Origin: the human T2T-CHM13v2.0 reference genome, Homo sapiens
Strand: one strand, 5' to 3'
Assembly: GCF_009914755.1 (NCBI RefSeq)
Contig: NC_060946.1
Length of the DNA: 64,000 nt
Shown: positions 54,101 to 64,000 of the stretch, piece by piece
Layout: the number at the start of each line of letters is the position of its first letter
Numbering within the stretch: the stretch's first letter is position 1
Notes under the pieces: model-generated
Told to the model about the DNA's origin: nothing
What the model saw: the letters and a program-made list of their open reading frames with translations, nothing else
Database searches by the model: none
Translations under genes and position numbers: made by a program

Positions 54101-57100
54101 ACTGCTCTGTCAAAAGGAAGGTTCTTCTCTGTTAGGTGAGTGCATACGTCATAAAGGAGTTTCTGAGAATGTTTCTGTCTAGTGGTTATGGGAAGATATT
54201 TGCTTTTTCACCGTAGGCCTCAGAGCGCTCCAAATATCCACTTGCACATACTACAAAAAGAGTGCCTCAAAGCTGCTCTCTGAAACGGAATGTTCAACTC
54301 TATGAGTTGAATGCAAACATCACAAAGACGTTTCTGAGAATGCTTCTGTCTAGATTTGATATGAAGATATTCCCGTTTCCAACGAAATCTTCAAATCTAT
54401 CCAAATGTCCACTTGCAGATTCAACAAAAAGTGTTTTTCAGAACTGCTCTATCAAAAGAAAGATCCACCTCTGTTAGCTGAGTTCACACATCACAAACAA
54501 GTTTATGAGAATGCTTCTGTCTAGTTTTTATTTGAAGATATTTCCTTTCTCACCATAGACCTGAAAGCTGTCCTAATGTTCACTTCCAGATACTACAGAA
54601 AGAGTGTTTCAAAACTGCTGTACGAAAGGGAATGTTCAACTCTGTGACTTGAATGCACACATCACAAAGAAGTTTCTGAGGATGCTGCTGTCTACTTTTT
54701 ATACGTAATCCCGTTTCCAACGAAATCCTCCAAGCTATCCAAATATCCACTTGCAGATTCCACAGAAAGACTGTTTCAAAACTGCTCTGTCAATAGAAAG
54801 GTTCAACTCTGTTAGCTGCGTGCATATATCCCAAAGAAGATTCTGAGATTCCTTCTGTCTAGTTTTTATGGGAAGATATTTCCCTTTTCACCGTAGGCGT
54901 CAAGGCGCTCCAAATGTCCACTTCCAGATACTACAAAAAGAGTGTTTCAAACCTACTCTGTGAAAGGGAATATTCAACTCTGTGACTTGAATGCACATAT
55001 CACAAAGAAGTTTCTGAGAATGCTTCTGTCGAGATTTTATATGAAGATATTCCCGTTTCCAACGAAATCCTGAAATCTATCCAAATATCCCCTCGCAGAT
55101 TCTACAAAAAGAGTGTTTCAAAACTGCTCTGTAAAAAGAAAGGTTCAACTCTGTTAGTTGAGTACACACATCACAAACAAGTTTCACAGAATGCTTCTTT
55201 CTAGCTTGTAGGGGAAGATATTCCCTTTATCACCATGGTCCTCAAACCGTCCGAAACGTCCACTTCCATATACTACAAAAAGAGCGTTTCAAACCTGCTC
55301 TAGGAAAGGCAATGTTCAACTCTGTGACTTGAATGCAGACATCACAGAACAGTTTCTGAGAATGCTTCTGTCTAGATTTTATAGGAAGATATTCCCGTTT
55401 CCAACGAAATCTTCACAGCTATCCAAATATCCACTTGCAGATTCTACAAAAAGAGTGTATCAAAACTGCTCTGTCAAAAGGAAGGTTCTTCTCTGTTAGG
55501 TGAGTGCATACGTCATAAAGGAGTTTCTGAGAATGTTTCTGTCTAGTGGTTATGGGAAGATATTTGCTTTTTCACCGTAGGCCTCAGAGCGCTCCAAATA
55601 TCCACTTGCACATACTACAAAAAGAGTGCCTCAAAGCTGCTCTCTGAAACGGAATGTTCAACTCTATGAGTTGAATGCAAACATCACAAAGACGTTTCTG
55701 AGAATGCTTCTGTCTAGATTTGATATGAAGATATTCCCGTTTCCAACGAAATCTTCAAATCTATCCAAATGTCCACTTGCAGATTCAACAAAAAGTGTTT
55801 TTCAGAACTGCTCTATCAAAAGAAAGATCCACCTCTGTTAGCTGAGTTCACACATCACAAACAAGTTTATGAGAATGCTTCTGTCTAGTTTTTATTTGAA
55901 GATATTTCCTTTCTCACCATAGACCTGAAAGCTGTCCTAATGTTCACTTCCAGATACTACAGAAAGAGTGTTTCAAAACTGCTGTACGAAAGGGAATGTT
56001 CAACTCTGTGACTTGAATGCACACATCACAAAGAAGTTTCTGAGGATGCTGCTGTCTACTTTTTATACGTAATCCCGTTTCCAACGAAATCCTCCAAGCT
56101 ATCCAAATATCCACTTGCAGATTCCACAGAAAGACTGTTTCAAAACTGCTCTGTCAATAGAAAGGTTCAACTCTGTTAGCTGCGTGCATATATCCCAAAG
56201 AAGATTCTGAGATTGCTTCTGTCTAGTTTTTATGGGAAGATATTTCCCTTTTCACCGTAGGCGTCAAGGCGCTCCAAATGTCCACTTCCAGATACTACAA
56301 AAAGAGTGTTTCAAACCTACTCTGTGAAAGCGAATATTCAACTCTGTGACTTGAATGCACATATCACAAAGAAGTTTCTGAGAATGCTTCTGTCGAGATT
56401 TTATATGAAGATATTCCCGTTTCCAACGAAATCCTGAAATCTATCCAAATATCCCCTCGCAGATTCTACAAAAAGAGTGTTTCAAAACTGCTCTGTAAAA
56501 AGAAAGGTTCAACTCTGTTAGTTGAGTACACACATCACAAACAAGTTTCACAGAATGCTTCTTTCTAGCTTGTAGGGGAAGATATTCCCTTTATCACCAT
56601 GGGCCTCCAACCGTCCGAAACGTCCACTTCCATATACTACAAAAAGAGCGTTTCAAACCTGCTCTAGGAAAGGCAATGTTCAACTCTGTGACTTGAATGC
56701 AGACATCACAGAGCAGTTTCTGAGAATGCTTCTGTCTAGATTTTATAGGAAGATATTCCCGTTTCCAACGAAATCTTCACAGCTATCCAAATATCCACTT
56801 GCAGATTCTACAAAAAGAGTGTATCAAAACTGCTCTGTCAAAAGGAAGGTTCTTCTCTGTTAGGTGAGTGCATACGTCATAAAGGAGTTTCTGAGAATGT
56901 TTCTGTCTAGTGGTTATGGGAAGATATTTGCTTTTTCACCGTAGGCCTCAGAGCGCTCCAAATATCCACTTGCACATACTACAAAAAGAGTGCCTCAAAG
57001 CTGCTCTCTGAAACGGAATGTTCAACTCTATGAGTTGAATGCAAACATCACAAAGACGTTTCTGAGAATGCTTCTGTCTAGATTTGATATGAAGATATTC

Positions 57101-60100
57101 CCGTTTCCAACGAAATCTTCAAATCTATCCAAATGTCCACTTGCAGATTCAACAAAAAGTGTTTTTCAGAACTGCTCTATCAAAAGAAAGATCCACCTCT
57201 GTTAGCTGAGTTCACACATCACAAACAAGTTTATGAGAATGCTTCTGTCTAGTTTTTATTTGAAGATATTTCCTTTCTCACCATAGACCTGAAAGCTGTC
57301 CTAATGTTCACTTCCAGATACTACAGAAAGAGTGTTTCAAAACTGCTGTACGAAAGGGAATGTTCAACTCTGTGACTTGAATGCACACATCACAAAGAAG
57401 TTTCTGAGGATGCTGCTGTCTACTTTTTATACGTAATCCCGTTTCCAACGAAATCCTCCAAGCTATCCAAATATCCACTTGCAGATTCCACAGAAAGACT
57501 GTTTCAAAACTGCTCTGTCAATAGAAAGGTTCAACTCTGTTAGCTGCGTGCATATATCCCAAAGAAGATTCTGAGATTCCTTCTGTCTAGTTTTTATGGG
57601 AAGATATTTCCCTTTTCACCGTAGGCGTCAAGGCGCTCCAAATGTCCACTTCCAGATACTAAAAAAAGAGTGTTTCAAACCTACTCTGTGAAAGGGAATA
57701 TTCAACTCTGTGACTTGAATGCACATATCACAAAGAAGTTTCTGAGAATGCTTCTGTCGAGATTTTATATGAAGATATTCCCGTTTCCAACGAAATCCTG
57801 AAATCTATCCAAATATCCCCTCGCAGATTCTACAAAAAGAGTGTTTCAAAACTGCTCTGTAAAAAGAAAGGTTCAACTCTGTTAGTTGAGTACACACATC
57901 ACAAACAAGTTTCACAGAATGCTTCTTTCTAGCTTGTAGGGGAAGATATTCCCTTTATCACCATGGTCCTCAAACCGTCCGAAACGTCCACTTCCATATA
58001 CTACAAAAAGAGCGTTTCAAACCTGCTCTAGGAAAGGCAATGTTCAACTCTGTGACTTGAATGCAGACATCACAGAACAGTTTCTGAGAATGCTTCTGTC
58101 TAGATTTTATAGGAAGATATTCCCGTTTCCAACGAAATCTTCACAGCTATCCAAATATCCACTTGCAGATTCTACAAAAAGAGTGTATCAAAACTGCTCT
58201 GTCAAAAGGAAGGTTCTTCTCTGTTAGGTGAGTGCATACGTCATAAAGGAGTTTCTGAGAATGTTTCTGTCTAGTGGTTATGGGAAGATATTTGCTTTTT
58301 CACCGTAGGCCTCAGAGCGCTCCAAATATCCACTTGCACATACTACAAAAAGAGTGCCTCAAAGCTGCTCTCTGAAACGGAATGTTCAACTCTATGAGTT
58401 GAATGCAAACATCACAAAGACGTTTCTGAGAATGCTTCTGTCTAGATTTGATATGAAGATATTCCCGTTTCCAACGAAATCTTCAAATCTATCCAAATGT
58501 CCACTTGCAGATTCAACAAAAAGTGTTTTTCAGAACTGCTCTATCAAAAGAAAGATCCACCTCTGTTAGCTGAGTTCACACATCACAAACAAGTTTATGA
58601 GAATGCTTCTGTCTAGTTTTTATTTGAAGATATTTCCTTTCTCACCATAGACCTGAAAGCTGTCCTAATGTTCACTTCCAGATACTACAGAAAGAGTGTT
58701 TCAAAACTGCTGTACGAAAGGGAATGTTCAACTCTGTGACTTGAATGCACACATCACAAAGAAGTTTCTGAGGATGCTGCTGTCTACTTTTTATACGTAA
58801 TCCCGTTTCCAACGAAATCCTCCAAGCTATCCAAATATCCACTTGCAGATTCCACAGAAAGACTGTTTCAAAACTGCTCTGTCAATAGAAAGGTTCAACT
58901 CTGTTAGCTGCGTGCATATATCCCAAAGAAGATTCTGAGATTGCTTCTGTCTAGTTTTTATGGGAAGATATTTCCCTTTTCACCGTAGGCGTCAAGGCGC
59001 TCCAAATGTCCACTTCCAGATACTACAAAAAGAGTGTTTCAAACCTACTCTGTGAAAGGGAATATTCAACTCTGTGACTTGAATGCACATATCACAAAGA
59101 AGTTTCTGAGAATGCTTCTGTCGAGATTTTATATGAAGATATTCCCGTTTCCAACGAAATCCTGAAATCTATCCAAATATCCCCTCGCAGATTCTACAAA
59201 AAGAGTGTTTCAAAACTGCTCTGTAAAAAGAAAGGTTCAACTCTGTTAGTTGAGTACACACATCACAAACAAGTTTCACAGAATGCTTCTTTCTAGCTTG
59301 TAGGGGAAGATATTCCCTTTATCACCATGGGCCTCCAACCGTCCGAAACGTCCACTTCCATATACTACCAAAAGAGCGTTTCAAACCTGCTCTAGGAAAG
59401 GCAATGTTCAACTCTGTGACTTGAATGCAGACATCACAGAGCAGTTTCTGAGAATGCTTCTGTCTAGATTTTATAGGAAGATATTCCCGTTTCCAACGAA
59501 ATCTTCACAGCTATCCAAATATCCACTTGCAGATTCTACAAAAAGAGTGTATCAAAACTGCTCTGTCAAAAGGAAGGTTCTTCTCTGTTAGGTGAGTGCA
59601 TACGTCATAAAGGAGTTTCTGAGAATGTTTCTGTCTAGTGGTTATGGGAAGATATTTGCTTTTTCACCGTAGGCCTCAGAGCGCTCCAAATATCCACTTG
59701 CACATACTACAAAAAGAGTGCCTCAAAGCTGCTCTCTGAAACGGAATGTTCAACTCTATGAGTTGAATGCAAACATCACAAAGACGTTTCTGAGAATGCT
59801 TCTGTCTAGATTTGATATGAAGATATTCCCGTTTCCAACGAAATCTTCAAATCTATCCAAATGTCCACTTGCAGATTCAACAAAAAGTGTTTTTCAGAAC
59901 TGCTCTATCAAAAGAAAGATCCACCTCTGTTAGCTGAGTTCACACATCACAAACAAGTTTATGAGAATGCTTCTGTCTAGTTTTTATTTGAAGATATTTC
60001 CTTTCTCACCATAGACCTGAAAGCTGTCCTAATGTTCACTTCCAGATACTACAGAAAGAGTGTTTCAAAACTGCTGTACGAAAGGGAATGTTCAACTCTG

Positions 60101-63100
60101 TGACTTGAATGCACACATCACAAAGAAGTTTCTGAGGATGCTGCTGTCTACTTTTTATACGTAATCCCGTTTCCAACGAAATCCTCCAAGCTATCCAAAT
60201 ATCCACTTGCAGATTCCACAGAAAGACTGTTTCAAAACTGCTCTGTCAATAGAAAGGTTCAACTCTGTTAGCTGCGTGCATATATCCCAAAGAAGATTCT
60301 GAGATTGCTTCTGTCTAGTTTTTATGGGAAGATATTTCCCTTTTCACCGTAGGCGTCAAGGCGCTCCAAATGTCCACTTCCAGATACTACAAAAAGAGTG
60401 TTTCAAACCTACTCTGTGAAAGGGAATATTCAACTCTGTGACTTGAATGCACATATCACAAAGAAGTTTCTGAGAATGCTTCTGTCGAGATTTTATATGA
60501 AGATATTCCCGTTTCCAACGAAATCCTGAAATCTATCCAAATATCCCCTCGCAGATTCTACAAAAAGAGTGTTTCAAAACTGCTCTGTAAAAAGAAAGGT
60601 TCAACTCTGTTAGTTGAGTACACACATCACAAACAAGTTTCACAGAATGCTTCTTTCTAGCTTGTAGGGGAAGATATTCCCTTTATCACCATGGTCCTCA
60701 AACCGTCCGAAACGTCCACTTCCATATACTACCAAAAGAGCGTTTCAAACCTGCTCTAGGAAAGGCAATGTTCAACTCTGTGACTTGAATGCAGACATCA
60801 CAGAACAGTTTCTGAGAATGCTTCTGTCTAGATTTTATAGGAAGATATTCCCGTTTCCAACGAAATCTTCACAGCTATCCAAATATCCACTTGCAGATTC
60901 TACAAAAAGAGTGTATCAAAACTGCTCTGTCAAAAGGAAGGTTCTTCTCTGTTAGGTGAGTGCATACGTCATAAAGGAGTTTCTGAGAATGTTTCTGTCT
61001 AGTGGTTATGGGAAGATATTTGCTTTTTCACCGTAGGCCTCAGAGCGCTCCAAATATCCACTTGCACATACTACAAAAAGAGTGCCTCAAAGCTGCTCTC
61101 TGAAACGGAATGTTCAACTCTATGAGTTGAATGCAAACATCACAAAGACGTTTCTGAGAATGCTTCTGTCTAGATTTGATATGAAGATATTCCCGTTTCC
61201 AACGAAATCTTCAAATCTATCCAAATGTCCACTTGCAGATTCAACAAAAAGTGTTTTTCAGAACTGCTCTATCAAAAGAAAGATCCACCTCTGTTAGCTG
61301 AGTTCACACATCACAAACAAGTTTATGAGAATGCTTCTGTCTAGTTTTTATTTGAAGATATTTCCTTTCTCACCATAGACCTGAAAGCTGTCCTAATGTT
61401 CACTTCCAGATACTACAGAAAGAGTGTTTCAAAACTGCTGTACGAAAGGGAATGTTCAACTCTGTGACTTGAATGCACACATCACAAAGAAGTTTCTGAG
61501 GATGCTGCTGTCTACTTTTTATACGTAATCCCGTTTCCAACGAAATCCTCCAAGCTATCCAAATATCCACTTGCAGATTCCACAGAAAGACTGTTTCAAA
61601 ACTGCTCTGTCAATAGAAAGGTTCAACTCTGTTAGCTGCGTGCATATATCCCAAAGAAGATTCTGAGATTGCTTCTGTCTAGTTTTTATGGGAAGATATT
61701 TCCCTTTTCACCGTAGGCGTCAAGGCGCTCCAAATGTCCACTTCCAGATACTACAAAAAGAGTGTTTCAAACCTACTCTGTGAAAGGGAATATTCAACTC
61801 TGTGACTTGAATGCACATATCACAAAGAAGTTTCTGAGAATGCTTCTGTCGAGATTTTATATGAAGATATTCCCGTTTCCAACGAAATCCTGAAATCTAT
61901 CCAAATATCCCCTCGCAGATTCTACAAAAAGAGTGTTTCAAAACTGCTCTGTAAAAAGAAAGGTTCAACTCTGTTAGTTGAGTACACACATCACAAACAA
62001 GTTTCACAGAATGCTTCTTTCTAGCTTGTAGGGGAAGATATTCCCTTTATCACCATGGGCCTCCAACCGTCCGAAACGTCCACTTCCATATACTACCAAA
62101 AGAGCGTTTCAAACCTGCTCTAGGAAAGGCAATGTTCAACTCTGTGACTTGAATGCAGACATCACAGAGCAGTTTCTGAGAATGCTTCTGTCTAGATTTT
62201 ATAGGAAGATATTCCCGTTTCCAACGAAATCTTCACAGCTATCCAAATATCCACTTGCAGATTCTACAAAAAGAGTGTATCAAAACTGCTCTGTCAAAAG
62301 GAAGGTTCTTCTCTGTTAGGTGAGTGCATACGTCATAAAGGAGTTTCTGAGAATGTTTCTGTCTAGTGGTTATGGGAAGATATTTGCTTTTTCACCGTAG
62401 GCCTCAGAGCGCTCCAAATATCCACTTGCACATACTACAAAAAGAGTGCCTCAAAGCTGCTCTCTGAAACGGAATGTTCAACTCTATGAGTTGAATGCAA
62501 ACATCACAAAGACGTTTCTGAGAATGCTTCTGTCTAGATTTGATATGAAGATATTCCCGTTTCCAATGAAATCTTCAAATCTATCCAAATGTCCACTTGC
62601 AGATTCAACAAAAAGTGTTTTTCAGAACTGCTCTATCAAAAGAAAGATCCACCTCTGTTAGCTGAGTTCACACATCACAAACAAGTTTATGAGAATGCTT
62701 CTGTCTAGTTTTTATTTGAAGATATTTCCTTTCTCACCATAGACCTGAAAGCTGTCCTAATGTTCACTTCCAGATACTACAGAAAGAGTGTTTCAAAACT
62801 GCTGTACGAAAGGGAATGTTCAACTCTGTGACTTGAATGCACACATCACAAAGAAGTTTCTGAGGATGCTGCTGTCTACTTTTTATACGTAATCCCGTTT
62901 CCAACGAAATCCTCCAAGCTATCCAAATATCCACTTGCAGATTCCACAGAAAGACTGTTTCAAAACTGCTCTGTCAATAGAAAGGTTCAACTCTGTTAGC
63001 TGCGTGCATATATCCCAAAGAAGATTCTGAGATTGCTTCTGTCTAGTTTTTATGGGAAGATATTTCCCTTTTCACCGTAGGCGTCAAGGCGCTCCAAATG

Positions 63101-64000
63101 TCCACTTCCAGATACTACAAAAAGAGTGTTTCAAACCTACTCTGTGAAAGCGAATATTCAACTCTGTGACTTGAATGCACATATCACAAAGAAGTTTCTG
63201 AGAATGCTTCTGTCGAGATTTTATATGAAGATATTCCCGTTTCCAACGAAATCCTGAAATCTATCCAAATATCCCCTCGCAGATTCTACAAAAAGAGTGT
63301 TTCAAAACTGCTCTGTAAAAAGAAAGGTTCAACTCTGTTAGTTGAGTACACACATCACAAACAAGTTTCACAGAATGCTTCTTTCTAGCTTGTAGGGGAA
63401 GATATTCCCTTTATCACCATGGGCCTCCAACCGTCCGAAACGTCCACTTCCATATACTACCAAAAGAGCGTTTCAAACCTGCTCTAGGAAAGGCAATGTT
63501 CAACTCTGTGACTTGAATGCAGACATCACAGAGCAGTTTCTGAGAATGCTTCTGTCTAGATTTTATAGGAAGATATTCCCGTTTCCAACGAAATCTTCAC
63601 AGCTATCCAAATATCCACTTGCAGATTCTACAAAAAGAGTGTATCAAAACTGCTCTGTCAAAAGGAAGGTTCTTCTCTGTTAGGTGAGTGCATACGTCAT
63701 AAAGGAGTTTCTGAGAATGTTTCTGTCTAGTGGTTATGGGAAGATATTTGCTTTTTCACCGTAGGCCTCAGAGCGCTCCAAATATCCACTTGCACATACT
63801 ACAAAAAGAGTGCCTCAAAGCTGCTCTCTGAAACGGAATGTTCAACTCTATGAGTTGAATGCAAACATCACAAAGACGTTTCTGAGAATGCTTCTGTCTA
63901 GATTTGATATGAAGATATTCCCGTTTCCAACGAAATCTTCAAATCTATCCAAATGTCCACTTGCAGATTCAACAAAAAGTGTTTTTCAGAACTGCTCTAT

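Larger units (their letters stand above)
1..64000 (-). repeat. Centromeric alpha-satellite HOR array, 8-mer, 1364 bp, SF2-type A/B dimeric; most likely the chr14/22 live array D14Z9/D22Z1 (S2C14/22H1L)
   Basis: 171-bp monomer periodicity with alphoid motifs (ttcaactctgtgacttgaatgca, gtttctgagaatgcttctgtctag). The 71-aa pseudo-ORF recurs every 1364/1363 bp (53, 1417, 2781 ... 62446). A CENP-B box occurs in every second monomer. XbaI tctaga at 140 and 1162 and a TaqI tcga at 820 give a 680-bp XbaI-TaqI fragment, as in the alphaXT(680) chr14/22 family. The alpha-satellite call is certain; the chromosome assignment is recalled knowledge (about 0.8), and chr14 cannot be told from chr22 here. Confidence 0.99.

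Noticed and set aside
162-63940. Regularly spaced identical ~17-31 bp motif resembling a CRISPR direct repeat
   Set aside because: The intervening ~320 bp are themselves repeated alphoid monomers, not unique spacers, and there are no cas genes. The motif is the CENP-B box.
1-64000. Hidden insertion, inversion, L1/Alu or other foreign sequence
   Set aside because: All ORF-to-ORF distances are 1364, 1363 or (once) 2386 and all lie on one strand, leaving no room for inserted or inverted DNA.
1-64000. Alternative assignment to another SF2 array such as D18Z1, D20Z2, D2Z1 or D13Z1/D21Z1
   Set aside because: The strict 8-mer period, the absence of a visible EcoRI site and the 680-bp XbaI-TaqI fragment favour chr14/22. 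This is not database-verified.
1-64000. A novel coded-information or previously undescribed biological system in the SNV pattern
   Set aside because: The ordered SNV patterns are adequately explained by duplication, conversion and CpG decay in a known satellite. Nothing in the sequence supports a further function.

Overview
The whole 64 kb is an uninterrupted, single-orientation primate (almost certainly human) centromeric alpha-satellite higher-order repeat (HOR) array. The unit is a 1364-bp 8-mer (seven 171-bp monomers plus one 167-bp monomer). CENP-B-box (B-type) and pJalpha-like (A-type) monomers alternate strictly, which is the dimeric SF2-style organisation. The array reads in reverse relative to the usual consensus (boxes appear as tcccgtttccaacgaaa on +). 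Unit size and the XbaI/TaqI map (XbaI at 140, TaqI at 820, 680 bp apart) fit the chr14/chr22 array D14Z9/D22Z1 (alphaXT; S2C14/22H1L). There are about 47 HOR copies plus a partial copy. Copy numbers below start at position 1, and copy start = 71-aa ORF start minus 52. I found no genes, transposons, inversions or foreign DNA, and the ORF track is repeat-derived noise. I see no new gene-type system here. The informative signal is the array's evolutionary record: one 6-mer deletion variant whose breakpoint lies in a 31-bp identity containing a CENP-B box, two separate 4-HOR (~5.45 kb) block duplications, long-range and chimeric SNV haplotypes, four individually damaged CENP-B boxes, and recurrent CpG transitions. 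All SNV comparisons were made by eye and need confirming by alignment.
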